Below are positions 9,133 to 20,060 of a DNA stretch of 64,000 nucleotides, in pieces (the first letter of the stretch is position 1; every line of letters starts with the position of its first letter). The notes below the pieces were generated by a model. The model searched no databases, was not told the origin of the DNA, and worked only from the letters and a program-made list of their open reading frames with translations. This stretch comes from Leptonemataceae bacterium. Its GTDB lineage: Bacteria > Spirochaetota > Leptospiria > Leptospirales > Leptonemataceae. Where the stretch lies: the NCBI GenBank assembly GCA_965227295.1, contig OZ245742.1, positions 2,560,001 through 2,624,000 on the forward strand, in the 5' to 3' direction. Position numbers and translations under genes: made by a program.

Positions 9133-10071
9133 ATGCCCGATTCCGTCAAACATCTGATCACCTGGAAAGACTGGGACGACGCCGAGATTCGTAAGATTCT
9201 CATGCTGGCCACCCGGGTCAAAAAAAATCGCCACTTCTACCAGGGCACTCTCTCCGGACGCACCCTGGTGATGCTGTTCCAGAAGACGTCCACGCGCACG
9301 CGGGTGTCCTTCGAGGCCGCCATGACCGAGATGGGCGGTCACGGCATCTACATGGACTGGAACACCACGAACTTCAAACTCTCCAAAATCAAATACGAGA
9401 CGGCGTATCTCTCGCGGAACGTCGCCGTGATCATGGCGCGCATGAAACGCAACGAGGATCTCCTCGAACTCAAAGAAGGCGCCACCGTGCCGCTCATCAA
9501 CGGCTGCGATAATCTCTACCATCCCTGCCAGGCCATGGCCGACATGCTCACCATTCACGAGGACCGCGGCCGCTGCGAAGGGGCGAAGCTCACGTACATC
9601 GGCGTGCACAACAACGTCGCGAACTCGCTCATGGCCGTCTGCGCCGCCCTGGACGTGCACCTTACCCTGGTGACGCCCATTCGCTCGAAAGAGAACTTCG
9701 ACGAGGAGCTGTTTGAAAGGCTTAAGCACAAGAAGTTAGTACGCGAAACCCTGGATCCAGTGGAAGGCGTCACCGGTGCCGACTACGTCTACACGGACAC
9801 CTGGGTGGACATGGAGTTTTTCGATAACCCCGACTTCGCCGACTTCAAAGAAGAACGCATCCGCACCATGATGCCGTATCAGTTGAACGCGGACCTGTTC
9901 AAGCACGCCCCCGAGGCGAAGATCCTGCACGACATGCCGATCCATCCCGGTTACGAAATCACCGAGGACGTTGTAGAATGCGAGCGCGCGCTGATCTTCC
10001 AGCAGGCCGAGAATCGTCTGGAGGCGCAGAAAGCGATCATCCTGTACCTGCTCCGTTCGTTGTGGTTGTGA
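9133..10071 (+). CDS. argF: Ornithine carbamoyltransferase (Leptospira-type variant)
   Basis: FQKTSTRTR carbamoyl-phosphate motif, HPCQ, QAENRL; HDMP in place of HCLP. Confidence 0.9.
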   Translation: MPDSVKHLITWKDWDDAEIRKILMLATRVKKNRHFYQGTLSGRTLVMLFQKTSTRTRVSFEAAMTEMGGHGIYMDWNTTNFKLSKIKYETAYLSRNVAVIMARMKRNEDLLELKEGATVPLINGCDNLYHPCQAMADMLTIHEDRGRCEGAKLTYIGVHNNVANSLMAVCAALDVHLTLVTPIRSKENFDEELFERLKHKKLVRETLDPVEGVTGADYVYTDTWVDMEFFDNPDFADFKEERIRTMMPYQLNADLFKHAPEAKILHDMPIHPGYEITEDVVECERALIFQQAENRLEAQKAIILYLLRSLWL

Positions 10072-10078
10072 GAGCGCC

Positions 10079-11119
10079 GTGAACATACATCTGCTGAACT
10101 ACCGGCTGTATCTGTTTCTCGGCGCGTTTTTGATCGTCGCCTCCAACAGTCTGTGGATCGTGCGGTCGTCTCATTTTGCCGGCAACGCGGAATTGCTGTC
10201 CCTGGCCCTGACGATTGACCTGGCCGTCTTGATTCCGGCGCTGTTTTACCTGATCATGCGCAGAGGCGGCATCTCGGCTCTGTCCGTCATTCCGGTCTTT
10301 GTCGTGGCGATTGTTCTGGCGACGCTCATCATTCCGCCGGAGCATCATCGTTATCTCGACCTCGTGAAGCTTGCTCTGGTTCCGCTGGAGTTGTTTGTCG
10401 TGGCGTGGATTGCCTACCGGGCGTTTTTGATCATGCGCGACCAGTCGCGATCCGTGAATCCGGACTTCGTGGATTCGATTCGAACGGTCTTGCAGCGACA
10501 GATTCGCCCGGGTTTCGTTTCAAGCCTCTTCGCGAGCGAGATCTCCATGTTCTACTATGCCTTCTGCGGATGGGGGCGGCCCGCACAGGCCGGGGCGAGT
10601 GACGGGGCCTTTACGTATCATAAGAAAAGCGGTTATGCGGCGGTGGTGTGGGTGTTCGTCTTCTTGATTTTGATGGAAGCCGTGGTGATTCATCTGGTGT
10701 TGCAGCGCTGGAGCGTGGTCGCCGCCTGGGTGCTCACGATCTTAAGTATCTATGGATTGCTGTTTATCCTTGCCGATCTGAACGCGGTGCGCCTGCGGCC
10801 GATTCTCGTGGACGACGAGTTTTTATATTTGCGGATCGGCCTGCGCTGGAACGCGAAGATTCACCGCCGCAGCATTGCCGGTGTGCGCACGATTCGAAGC
10901 GTCGACGGCGACGCGGAAAATCTGAACGCGGCCCTGCTGGGTTTTCCCAACGTGGAGATTCGCTTCGAGGAGCCGCAGGAGATCGTCGGGCTCTACGGTT
11001 TTACAAAACGCGTGCCTGGCGTCAGCGTCGCCGTGGACGAACCCCGGGCGTTGCAGGACGTTTTGAAGAGTTCTGCCATCGAGGCACCGAGATTTCCGAG
11101 GGAAGATTTGGGAGAGTGA
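10079..11119 (+). CDS. Polytopic membrane protein of unknown function
   Basis: About 7 TM segments; last codons and stop lie inside a repeat element. Confidence 0.75.
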   Translation: MNIHLLNYRLYLFLGAFLIVASNSLWIVRSSHFAGNAELLSLALTIDLAVLIPALFYLIMRRGGISALSVIPVFVVAIVLATLIIPPEHHRYLDLVKLALVPLELFVVAWIAYRAFLIMRDQSRSVNPDFVDSIRTVLQRQIRPGFVSSLFASEISMFYYAFCGWGRPAQAGASDGAFTYHKKSGYAAVVWVFVFLILMEAVVIHLVLQRWSVVAAWVLTILSIYGLLFILADLNAVRLRPILVDDEFLYLRIGLRWNAKIHRRSIAGVRTIRSVDGDAENLNAALLGFPNVEIRFEEPQEIVGLYGFTKRVPGVSVAVDEPRALQDVLKSSAIEAPRFPREDLGE

Positions 11120-11188
11120 TCGTGGCGGAACGGTTTCGGGCGCGGGCAATCTCTCCGAAAAAACACTCGGTCCCTCGGCCCTCGGAGT
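11078..11188. repeat. CCGAG-armed hairpin element, copy 2
   Basis: cgaggcaccgagatttccgag ... ctcggtccctcggccctcggagt. Confidence 0.7.
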
Positions 11189-11202
11189 TTATTCTGTAGA
11201 GA

Positions 11203-11652
11203 ATGCGACTCCACCGACATGCAATCATCCTCGCGACCATCCTTACGGCCGGGCTCGCGTTCGCCCAGGACCCGCCCGGTAGCGTCCGCATTACGGTCAC
11301 CGGCATTGAGGGCGATGACGGCCGCATCATCTGCGCATTGTTTTCTTCTTCGAAAGACCGCGGTTTCCCGCTGGATGTCTCGGCGGCGAATCGGGTGCGT
11401 CGTTCGATTGACGGCCGCAGCGTGGTTTGTGAATGGACGGGGCTTAAGCGTGGTTACTATGCCGTCTCCGCGGCCCACGATGTGAACGACAACGGCAAGT
11501 GCGACGTGAATTTCCTCGGCGTACCGATCGAAGCCTGGGCCGCTTCGAACAACGCGCGCCCCGTGATGCGCGCGCCTGCGTTCCTCGAAGCCCGCTTCCT
11601 GGTTTCACCGGGCGATACCGTAACACAGAAAGTTCAACTGAAGTATCCTTAA
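11203..11652 (+). CDS. DUF2141 family secreted protein
   Basis: Signal peptide; GYYAVSAAHDVNDNGK.D.NFLGVPIEAWAASNN. Confidence 0.85.
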   Translation: MRLHRHAIILATILTAGLAFAQDPPGSVRITVTGIEGDDGRIICALFSSSKDRGFPLDVSAANRVRRSIDGRSVVCEWTGLKRGYYAVSAAHDVNDNGKCDVNFLGVPIEAWAASNNARPVMRAPAFLEARFLVSPGDTVTQKVQLKYP

Positions 11653-11655
11653 GGT

Positions 11656-12342
11656 TCAGCGGGAAGCGCCCGTCGTAGGGCGCGGCTGTTGTTTTGCGAC
11701 GACGTTGTTTTTCGCCGGTGGTGTCTGTTCCGATTCGGCATTCGCTTCGAAGCGTGCGGCCTCGCCGCGTTTGAGGACGAACTGTTCCTCCCACGCCTCG
11801 TAGCTCATGCCCAACTGCGCGGCGCAGCGCCGGCGATACTTGCGCATGAAGTAGACCGTGAGCGGATAACCGGCAACGGCGACGGGCACGGCGATTACGA
11901 AGCCGCCGATCAGCATGGGCCAGCCCAGTTCGAAGATCATGAAGCGGCCCCAGTGCAGCATGCCTTCCCACATACCCAGGGCCTGGGCCTCGGTGAGCAC
12001 GTCGGTGAAGTGTGCGAAGGTCATGGGAGTGAGCTGCGTGCCGACAGCCAGGAAGAAGTAGTACCCCGTCATGTAGAACGCATAGTACATGGGGCCCATG
12101 GTCACGGGGTTGCTGAGCCAGACCCAGGCCACGGCGATGACCAGATGATAGTGCAGACGGAAGAGGCGGAACAGAAACCAGTTCAGAGTGACCAGAATCA
12201 TTTGAATGCCGACGAGGGGCGTGAAGGCCCAGAAGAGACCGACGGCGCTCGCCAGGCCGAGCTCGGCCAGAGGATGATGGGATTCCCGAAAATGACGCAG
12301 GATCTTATCGTCGATGACGTCCTTGAGCTTCTGCCACAACAT
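11656..12342 (-). CDS. DUF2062 family membrane protein
   Basis: AVGLFWAFTPLVG...WLSNPVT motif and TM helices. Confidence 0.8.
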   Translation of the reverse strand: MLWQKLKDVIDDKILRHFRESHHPLAELGLASAVGLFWAFTPLVGIQMILVTLNWFLFRLFRLHYHLVIAVAWVWLSNPVTMGPMYYAFYMTGYYFFLAVGTQLTPMTFAHFTDVLTEAQALGMWEGMLHWGRFMIFELGWPMLIGGFVIAVPVAVAGYPLTVYFMRKYRRRCAAQLGMSYEAWEEQFVLKRGEAARFEANAESEQTPPAKNNVVAKQQPRPTTGASR

Positions 12343-12423
12343 ACGAAGACGCGTCCCGAAGGATGCGGATAAGATATTTTCTCATTGCCTTCCTGTCTGC
12401 TCTTTTAATTGTCCCGGGATAAC

Positions 12424-12969
12424 ATGCAATCTATCCGGAGTCTTTTGTTCATTCGTCACGCCGTCGCCCAGGATCGCGAGGAATTCAGCGGCGACGACGA
12501 CCTTCAGCGCCCTCTCACCGAGAAGGGCCGCAAGAAAGCGCGCAAGGCCTTCGACGGCCTGTTGAATCTCTACGATCCGCCGGATCTCATTATCCACTCC
12601 GAGGCCGAGCGGGCCCGGGATACGGCGGAGATCCTGGGCCGGGTCTTTCCCTCGTCGCCGCTGCGCGAGAGCGCGCTGCTGAATCCGGGCGCCGACTACG
12701 AATCCCTGCGGAAGCTCCTGGCCGATCGCGACGTGCGCGGCGAGTGCGTCGCTCTGGTCGGCCACGAACCGGACTTCAGCGAGATGATCTCGGGTTTGCT
12801 CCAGGCCGGTCCCGGGGACGAAGACCACGCGGCGCACGCCTTCCTGCACCTCGACATCAAGAAGGCGTCGTGCGTGGAAATCAAGCTGGACGGCGAGGGG
12901 GCGGGCGAGTTACGAAACTTCCTGTCGCCGGGGGTGTTGCGATTGTTGCGGAAAGTGGAAGATATATGA
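12424..12969 (+). CDS. sixA: Histidine phosphatase, SixA-like
   Basis: FIRHA, DLQRPLTEKG, RARDTA, LVGHEP. Confidence 0.85.
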   Translation: MQSIRSLLFIRHAVAQDREEFSGDDDLQRPLTEKGRKKARKAFDGLLNLYDPPDLIIHSEAERARDTAEILGRVFPSSPLRESALLNPGADYESLRKLLADRDVRGECVALVGHEPDFSEMISGLLQAGPGDEDHAAHAFLHLDIKKASCVEIKLDGEGAGELRNFLSPGVLRLLRKVEDI

Positions 12970-13096
12970 CTCCGAGGACCGAGGTACCGAGAGAAGATAT
13001 GGGAGAATCCCGTAGTCTATACGCGATCATGCTACGAGCTTTTCCAAAAAAAGACTCTTCTCTATCTTTTCCTCGGTACCTCGGTCCTCGGAGTCA
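12967..13096. repeat. CCGAG-armed hairpin element, copy 3 (best conserved)
   Basis: tgactccgaggaccgaggtaccgag ... ctcggtacctcggtcctcggagtca, perfect 25-nt inverted arms. Confidence 0.9.
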
Positions 13097-13120
13097 AATC
13101 TCTTTGCGGGAGAGCAAACG

Positions 13121-13480
13121 ATGTACTATGACCGACACGTGTTCTTATGTGAAAACAAACGCGAGGGCGGGGACCGCGAGTGCTGTGCGGACAAAGACTC
13201 AAAGCGCCTGCGCAAAGTTCTGAAAGAAAAAACCAAAGCCGCGAAGCTGGATCAGCGCATCCGCATCAACGGCGCGGGCTGTCTCGATCGCTGCGAAGAA
13301 GGGCCGACCGTGGTCGTGTATCCGGAAGGTCGCTGGTTTCGTTTGAAGAACGAAGCCGACATGGATCGGTTCGTGGAGACCTACCTGAAAGACGGCAGCG
13401 TGGCCGGCATCGAAGACCTGGAGCTGCCGGACGAACATCCGGCGGATCGGCTGAAACAAGAGCAGCAGATGCAGCAGTAG
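13121..13480 (+). CDS. Thioredoxin-like [2Fe-2S] ferredoxin
   Basis: HVFLC...CC...RINGAGCLDRCEEGPTVVVYPEGRW. Confidence 0.9.
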   Translation: MYYDRHVFLCENKREGGDRECCADKDSKRLRKVLKEKTKAAKLDQRIRINGAGCLDRCEEGPTVVVYPEGRWFRLKNEADMDRFVETYLKDGSVAGIEDLELPDEHPADRLKQEQQMQQ

Positions 13481-13570
13481 TTTTCGGCCCCCTTCGATAG
13501 TCAAAACACCCCCGGGTCGACGGCGACGGTTATTGCTGGACTAAATTATTGTATCTGTTAGAAATTAGTC

Positions 13571-13786
13571 ATGCGCCCGGAATTGCTTGATGAAATTCGT
13601 GACCTTCCCGCCGAGGATCGTCTCGCAGTTGCCCGGGCTGCTCTTGAAAGCCTTACCCAGGATCGTGCGCCGCTGTCCGCGGATTTCGTGCGGGAATTGG
13701 AGCGCGTGCACGACGATTATCTTGCGGACGGTGATGCCGGCAGTGATTGGGAAAGTGTAAAGGCGCGGATTCGCGCACGCACATGA
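13571..13786 (+). CDS. Addiction-module antitoxin
   Basis: LP..DRL...ELERV......SDWESVKARI pattern; ATGA overlap with the toxin gene. Confidence 0.75.
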   Translation: MRPELLDEIRDLPAEDRLAVARAALESLTQDRAPLSADFVRELERVHDDYLADGDAGSDWESVKARIRART

Positions 13787-14073
13787 TGATTACGATCCGC
13801 CGCCTCGCGGAAGATCAGATTTCGGAAGCCTATCAATACTACGAGAGTCAGCGCGGCGGACTCGGGGAGGAGTTTTTCTCAGCCTTCGAAGCCACCCTGG
13901 GAATCATCGAGCGCTATCCGCAGCTTTATCCGATTGCAATCCGCGATATTCGTCGGGCCGCCTTGGTGCGTTTCCCATACAGTGCTGTCTATGTGGTAGG
14001 CCCGTAGCGAATCGTAGTCCTTGCCTTCTATCATCACCGCCGTGTTACAGACGAACGGCTGGAAGACCTGTAA
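13783..14073 (+). pseudogene. RelE/ParE family toxin interrupted by an in-frame TAG (14005-14007)
   Basis: AYQYYESQRGGLGEEF...RRAALVRFPYSAVYVVGP*RIVVLAFYHHRR; the typical C-terminal strand continues past the stop to TAA at 14071-14073. Confidence 0.8.
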
Positions 14074-14102
14074 ACGCCCACAATCTCCACACCACACAAG
14101 GA

Positions 14103-14159
14103 GCAACGGGGGCCAGGGGAGACGCTCTCTTGCAAACCGCGTCCCCTGGCCCCCGTTGC
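14103..14159. terminator. Perfect 18-bp inverted repeat between convergent genes (terminator- or REP-like)
   Basis: gcaacgggggccagggga / tcccctggcccccgttgc; no U-tract. Confidence 0.55.
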
Positions 14160-14164
14160 GACGC

Positions 14165-14917
14165 TTACTTCTTACCCATATTCTCCATGAACGGGCGCAG
14201 TATTTCGATGGGGATCGGGAACACCGTCGTGGAGTTCTTGTCCGCCGCGACTTCGACCAGCGTCTGTAAAAAGCGCAGTTGAATGGCCACCGGGTGTCTG
14301 CCGATGACCTCGGCGGCTTCGCCGAGTTTCGCGGATGCCTGGAATTCACCCTCGGCTGCGATGACCTTGGCCCGGCGTTCCCGCTCGGCCTCGGCCTGCT
14401 TGGCCATGGCCCGCTGCATCTCACTCGGCAGATCGATGTGCTTAACTTCCACCATGCTGACCTTAATGCCCCAGGCGTCCGTCTGTTTGTCGATGACTTC
14501 CTGCAACTGCGCGTTGATCTTCTCGCGTTCGGACAGGATTTCGTCCAGCTCGGATTCACCGACGATGGAGCGCAGCGTGGTCTGGGACAACTGCGACGTG
14601 GCCACCAGGAAGTCCTCGACCTCGATGACGGCGCGCTGGGCGTCCAGGACACGGAAGTAGACCACGGCGTTGACCTTGATCGAAACGTTGTCCTTCGTGA
14701 TGACGTCCTGGGGCGGCACGTCCATGACCACGGTGCGCAGGCTGACCTTGATCATTTTGTCGAGGAACGGGATCAGCACGATCAGGCCGGGGCCCTTGAT
14801 GCCCACAAAGCGGCCCAGGCGGAAAATGACCGCGCGTTCGTACTCGCGGAGAACCTTGATGGCGCTCGACAGAAAGACGAAGAGCATCACGAGTATGAAG
14901 ACGATGTATGTAACCAT
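14165..14917 (-). CDS. SPFH/stomatin-like (slipin) protein
   Basis: [39 protein letters not shown]. Confidence 0.95.
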   Translation of the reverse strand: MVTYIVFILVMLFVFLSSAIKVLREYERAVIFRLGRFVGIKGPGLIVLIPFLDKMIKVSLRTVVMDVPPQDVITKDNVSIKVNAVVYFRVLDAQRAVIEVEDFLVATSQLSQTTLRSIVGESELDEILSEREKINAQLQEVIDKQTDAWGIKVSMVEVKHIDLPSEMQRAMAKQAEAERERRAKVIAAEGEFQASAKLGEAAEVIGRHPVAIQLRFLQTLVEVAADKNSTTVFPIPIEILRPFMENMGKK

Positions 14918-14967
14918 GTTTGTTTGACCTCTAAAGTATTGTTCTACGAAAACTAAGACAATTTGCG

Positions 14968-15093
14968 ACTCCGAGGAGCGAGGGGCCGAGAGAAGAAACG
15001 GGAGGGCTTACGGAGCCCGACAGCGTTCAGGCTATGCTCACTTTCCGAAATACTTCTTCTCATCTTCCCACTCGGTGCCTCGGTCCTCGGAGT
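14968..15093. repeat. CCGAG-armed hairpin element, copy 4
   Basis: actccgaggagcgaggggccgag ... ctcggtgcctcggtcctcggagt; lies between nfeD and the stomatin gene. Confidence 0.85.
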
Positions 15094-15121
15094 AAAAAAC
15101 TCTTCGCAACGAAAGACGCGT

Positions 15122-16534
15122 TCAGTCGGCCCGCTCCACGCGCAGGCTGAGCCCCTCTACGGCGACAACTTTTACGCGCTCCCCCGCGGGGATCGGCGCG
15201 CCGTTGGTGCGGGCCTGCCACAGTTCGCTGTGAATGAACACACTGCCCTGGCGCGCGTCGATCTCTTTGCGCGCTTCGCCGATGTCGCCGACCATGGACT
15301 CCTGTCCGCTGACGATCTGCTTGCCGTGCGACTGCGCCGCCAGGTAAACCAAAAAGCCCATGATGCCCGCCGTGAGCAGGCTCGTAAAGATGATAAATGC
15401 CAGTGATATTCCCACGAAAGCCGCCCCCGAGCGCATGAGCATGATCGACCCCAGCGTGATGCATAACGTGCCGCCGACGCTGAGCAAACCGTAGCTCATG
15501 ACATTGAGTTCCAGAATAAAAAAGACGATGCCCAGGCCGATCAACGCGAGCCCGGTGTAATCCACCGACAGCGACTGCAATGCGTACAGGCCCAGGATGA
15601 GACAGATGGCCCCGATGGCGCCCGGGAAGATGGCGCCCGGACTGTAGACCAGTTCCGCAAAGATGCCCAGCATGCCGAGGGACATGAGGATCATGGCCAC
15701 CTGGGGGCTCGCGATCAGGTCGAGCAGGTCACGGCGGAAATCCTTTTCGATGGTTTCGATTTCCGCGTCGGCGAAGCTCGCCAGTTCGTGGGGGCCGCCC
15801 ACCATGCGCACCGTGCGCCCGGAAATTTTTTCGAGCAGTTCCTGCTCGCTCTCGGCCATCACATCGATGACGTTTTTGCTCAGCGCTTCCTCGGACGTGA
15901 TGTTGTCCGCGTGGGTGACGGCACGGACCGCGAACTCCGCGTTGCGCCCGTGATACGAGGCCAGGGCGCGCATCTGCGCTTTTGCGTGGTTCAACAACTT
16001 GCGCTTCATGTTCAGCGCGTCGTCGGCGCCGGCCGTTTCCGGAATGCGATCGTCCTTCCCCGGTTCCGCGCCGCCGCCGCCGCCGGCCTGAACCGGCGTG
16101 GCCGAGCCGATGTTCGTCGCCGGCGCCATGGCCGCAATGTGCGAGGCGTACATGATGTAGACGCCCGCCGAACCGCAGGTGGATCCCGGCGGCGAGACGA
16201 ACGTAATCACCGGTACCGTGGACGCGAGGATGCTGCGATTCATCTCGTCCATGGACGAGACGAGGCCGCCCGGAGTATCCAGGATCACGAGCAGCGCGTC
16301 GGCGCTTTCCCGCTCGGCCCGGCGGATGGCCTGGGTGAGTGTCTCGAGCGCGGACGGTGAGATGGGACCGCGGATCTCCACACGCAGCAAACGAGCGCGC
16401 TGTTCTTCCAGGTTGAGGACCTCTTCCGCCGGCTCCTGAGACGCGAGGGGCAACGCGGACGCCGCCAGAACGAACAGGCCGGCGCCGCAGAGGATTACAG
16501 AAATACGAAACGAAGCCAAACGATGTGTGATCAT
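15122..16534 (-). CDS. nfeD: NfeD family membrane-bound ClpP-class serine protease
   Basis: LDTPGG, SAG.YI, AAMAPATNIGSATPV, C-terminal ELWQAR OB-fold; upstream of the stomatin gene. Confidence 0.92.
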   Translation of the reverse strand: MITHRLASFRISVILCGAGLFVLAASALPLASQEPAEEVLNLEEQRARLLRVEIRGPISPSALETLTQAIRRAERESADALLVILDTPGGLVSSMDEMNRSILASTVPVITFVSPPGSTCGSAGVYIMYASHIAAMAPATNIGSATPVQAGGGGGAEPGKDDRIPETAGADDALNMKRKLLNHAKAQMRALASYHGRNAEFAVRAVTHADNITSEEALSKNVIDVMAESEQELLEKISGRTVRMVGGPHELASFADAEIETIEKDFRRDLLDLIASPQVAMILMSLGMLGIFAELVYSPGAIFPGAIGAICLILGLYALQSLSVDYTGLALIGLGIVFFILELNVMSYGLLSVGGTLCITLGSIMLMRSGAAFVGISLAFIIFTSLLTAGIMGFLVYLAAQSHGKQIVSGQESMVGDIGEARKEIDARQGSVFIHSELWQARTNGAPIPAGERVKVVAVEGLSLRVERAD

Positions 16535-16683
16535 GGGAACGTCAGGAGGAAGTTAAACAGAAAGCCGGCGGCGGCAAGCGATTCTTTTACGGATCTGCTT
16601 CAGAAAATATACTTGCATGGACACTGCTGCGTACGCCTGCATCATAGAGCCCTGCATGAAGCATTCCGGGACGGATCTTTCAT

Positions 16684-18513
16684 TTGTACAAACGCATCGA
16701 GGACTACGGCATCATCGGCGATTTGCGCACCGTGGCGCTGGTGGGCCTCGACGGCTCCATTGATTGGTGCTGTTTTCCGAACTTCGACTCGCCTTCGATC
16801 TTTGCCGCGTTGCTCGACGCCGGAAAGGGTGGTCATTTCCGCATTCAGGTCCCGCCGGAAATGAACGCGCGCCGCAAGCAGCTCTACATTCCCGATACCA
16901 ACGTTCTCGTAACTCGCTTTCTTTCGAAAGAGGGCGTCGGCGAGGTAACCGACTTCATGCCCGTGGAGACCGGGCGCGGCATCTGGGAAAGCGACGGCCG
17001 TCGACGCATTGTGCGGCGGGTCACCTCGGTGCGCGGTGTCGTGCACTTTCAACTGCATTGTTTTCCCGCCTTCGACTACGCCCGGCGCCGGCCCACGGTG
17101 CACAAGGTTCCGCACGGCTACGTCTTCGCGGACGATGCCGGTCCGCTGTCCCTGGAACTCCTGTCGCCGGTCGATCTTCAGGTGGACGAAGAACAGGGCG
17201 GCGTGCACGGGGTCTTCGAACTCTCGCCGGGGGAAACGATCGTCTTCGTCCTGCAAGAGCACGAAGAAGGGCGTTTGTATCCCACCGCCGATCCGGACAT
17301 GGATCAGGGGTACCTCAGCACGCTGCATTTCTGGCAGGACTGGTTGGCCCAGTGCAACTACCAGGGACGCTGGCGGGAAATGGTCCACCGTTCGGCGCTC
17401 GTTCTTAAGTTACTTACATTTCAACCTACGGGCGCCATCGTCGCGGCCCCCACGACGTCTTTGCCCGAGGTCATCGGCGGTCAGCGCAACTGGGATTACC
17501 GCTACACCTGGATTCGCGACGCTTCGTTCACCGTGTACGGTTTTCTGCGGATCGGCTTTACTGAAGAAGCCACGCAGTTCATGCACTGGCTGGAGGAACG
17601 ACTGCATCACCTGGGCAACAGCGGTGATCATCCGTTGCAGTTGATGTACCGCATCGACGGCTCGCGCGATCTGCACGAAGAAATTCTGGAACACCTCGAA
17701 GGTTACATGCAGTCCGAGCCCGTGCGTATCGGCAACGGCGCCTACGATCAACTGCAACTCGACATCTACGGCGCGCTCATGGACGCCATCTATCTTTTCG
17801 ACAAACACGCGCAGCCGCTGTCCTACGACCTCTGGAAATCCGTGCGGACGATTCTCGACTGGCTGTGCGAGAACTGGAACCAGCCGGACGAGGGCATCTG
17901 GGAGGTGCGGGACAGCCGGCGTAACTTCGTGTATTCGCGGCTCATGTGCTGGGTCGCCCTGGATCGCGGCATTCGTCTTTCGAACAAGCGCAGTTATCCC
18001 GCCGATCGCGAGCGCTGGATCGCCGTGCGCGACGAGATTTACCTGGAGATCATGGAACGCGGTTGGTCGAAAGAACGTCGCGCCTTCGTGCAGAGCTACG
18101 AAAACGACGCGCTGGACGCTTCGAACTTGCTCATGCCGCTCGTGTTTTTTCTATCGGCGCAGGATCCGCGCATGCAGTCGACGATCGACGCCGTGATCGG
18201 TGAGCTGGCGTCGGATTCTCTCGTTTATCGTTACATTGCGGATCACGCCCCGGACGGGCTGGACGGCGAGGAGGGTTCGTTCTCGATGTGCACGTTCTGG
18301 CTCGTGGAAGCGCTGGCCCGGGGCGGGCGCGTGGAGGAAGCGCGGGTCATTTTCGAAAAGATGATCGGCTACGCGAACCACGTGGGCCTGTACTCCGAGG
18401 AGATCGGCCCCTTCGGCGAGGCCCTGGGCAACTTTCCTCAGGCGTTCACGCACCTCGGCTTAATTTCCGCCGCGTTTAACTTAGACCGGGCGTTGGATCA
18501 TAAGAAAACCTGA
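16684..18513 (+). CDS. Glycoside hydrolase family 15 (glucoamylase/trehalase-like)
   Basis: [48 protein letters not shown]. Confidence 0.93.
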   Translation: MYKRIEDYGIIGDLRTVALVGLDGSIDWCCFPNFDSPSIFAALLDAGKGGHFRIQVPPEMNARRKQLYIPDTNVLVTRFLSKEGVGEVTDFMPVETGRGIWESDGRRRIVRRVTSVRGVVHFQLHCFPAFDYARRRPTVHKVPHGYVFADDAGPLSLELLSPVDLQVDEEQGGVHGVFELSPGETIVFVLQEHEEGRLYPTADPDMDQGYLSTLHFWQDWLAQCNYQGRWREMVHRSALVLKLLTFQPTGAIVAAPTTSLPEVIGGQRNWDYRYTWIRDASFTVYGFLRIGFTEEATQFMHWLEERLHHLGNSGDHPLQLMYRIDGSRDLHEEILEHLEGYMQSEPVRIGNGAYDQLQLDIYGALMDAIYLFDKHAQPLSYDLWKSVRTILDWLCENWNQPDEGIWEVRDSRRNFVYSRLMCWVALDRGIRLSNKRSYPADRERWIAVRDEIYLEIMERGWSKERRAFVQSYENDALDASNLLMPLVFFLSAQDPRMQSTIDAVIGELASDSLVYRYIADHAPDGLDGEEGSFSMCTFWLVEALARGGRVEEARVIFEKMIGYANHVGLYSEEIGPFGEALGNFPQAFTHLGLISAAFNLDRALDHKKT

Positions 18514-18525
18514 GCGAGTGCTTCC

Positions 18526-20060
18526 ATGAAAGGCCTGCTGCTCTTTTTCGTAACGCTCCTGTACTTCCTGTACGCCGCGGCCTGGGACTTCTCCGGGGAA
18601 CGGGTGAGTTTCGAGGGGGATCAGGTCCGCCTGGTCTACGACGTCGACGCCGTAGCTTCCGGCGATCGTAAGTTTACCGGGAGCTACAGCATCACCGGGC
18701 CGAATCATCCCGGTCCCCTGCACACATACCTGCTCGCCATGTTCTACATGTTCGACCGTGACATTCCCGCGCTCTACCGGCGGGCCGCGGCGCTCAAGAG
18801 CCTCACGTTCTTCCTGCTCGGTCTGTTTCTGCTGCGGGCCGGCGCCTCGTTCGGCCTGGCCGCGACGGTACCCTTTATGATCGCCGCGACTCACGGCGCG
18901 GACGTGTACCTGCGCATAATCTGGGGGCCGGCCATGTGCCTGCCCTTTCTTGCGCTCGCCCTGTGGGCGGCGCTGCGGCTGCACGAGTCGTCGGCGCAGG
19001 AACTCAGTCGGCCATTGCTTCTGCTGGCCGCGGCCCTCTCGTTCTTGCTGCAAACGCATACGTCGCAGTTGCCGTTCGTCCTGGGTATCGGCGGATGCGC
19101 CGTGGGGAGCCTCCTGTTGCGCCTGCGGGATGAGAGCGCGAGACGAGGCGTACGTCGGGCGGTGATCGGGGCCGTGCTCGTAACTTTGCTTTTGTGGATG
19201 TTACCGGTCTACGAGGCGGTAAAGAACGGCGGCGGGAACTTCGCCCGGCTGTTCGAGTATTACGTAGCGCTGCCTCTCTCGTCCTCCGGTGACGGCCTCA
19301 CGTTCGCGCGCTCCATAGAGCGACTGATGCTCGTCCTGCGTACGACGGCCGACGCTTTCGCCTGAGCGCGGCCTGGGTGGCGGCCGCCTTCGTGCTGCCG
19401 CCGTTGCTCGTGCGCTTTTTGCACGATCGCCGCCGGTACGCCTTCGCCGTGATGCTGGTAAGTACATCTGTCTTGCTGTTAGTGATCGCCCTGGTGTTTG
19501 TCCCGGAGCCGCTGCGCTTTCACTATTACTCGGGCGTTTATGTTCTTTTCGCGGCGGCGGCCGGTCTCGCCCTGGGCGGTCTCGTGCAACTCGTGCGCGA
19601 GCGTTGGACCTGGCTCGCCGCGTTCCCGCTCCGGGCCGTGTTCGTGTTGTCCGTCAGTGCGTTCGTAATTTCCGGTGTCCTCCAGCGCGTGCATGCGGCG
19701 GAGGAGCGCGAACTGCACGCCCCCCTCGCGGAAATGCAGGCGCTTGTCGCGGCCATGGACGCGGACTGCCCCGGTTGCAAAATCAGTGTGCACACGGTCG
19801 GGGAGAACGCCCCGGAGACGACGCCGGGTTTTCTGTATCTCTTAGAACGCAGCAATATGATGTTAGTGCTTCCCGGCACGGAAGAGGCACGCTACATCAT
19901 CGAAGCGCCGCGCGCAGAATCGCCGGGAGACGGCCGCGTGGTGTTTGATTCGAAGCGGTTTCGCGTGTTGCGAGTTCCGGTGCCGGCCCGTACTTTAGCG
20001 GTACACAGAGTGAGCGGGCGCACGTTTGCGAATTACTACATAGGCGTGGCGGAGATGTAG
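18526..20060 (+). pseudogene. Polytopic membrane protein (GT-C/ArnT-like) split by an apparent 1-nt frameshift near 19360
   Basis: ORFs 18526..19365 and 19377..20060 are in different frames; adding one base joins ...ADAF to LSAAWVAAAFVLPP; GT-C-like GD..D, HPGP and H motifs. Confidence 0.55.

Noticed and set aside
14005..14007. Genome-wide TAG recoding
   Set aside because: Several clear genes (apbE, TetR, the ferredoxin) end at TAG at their expected lengths
8900..15093. CCGAG repeats as a CRISPR array
   Set aside because: They are dispersed inverted pairs, not regularly spaced direct repeats, and no cas genes are present
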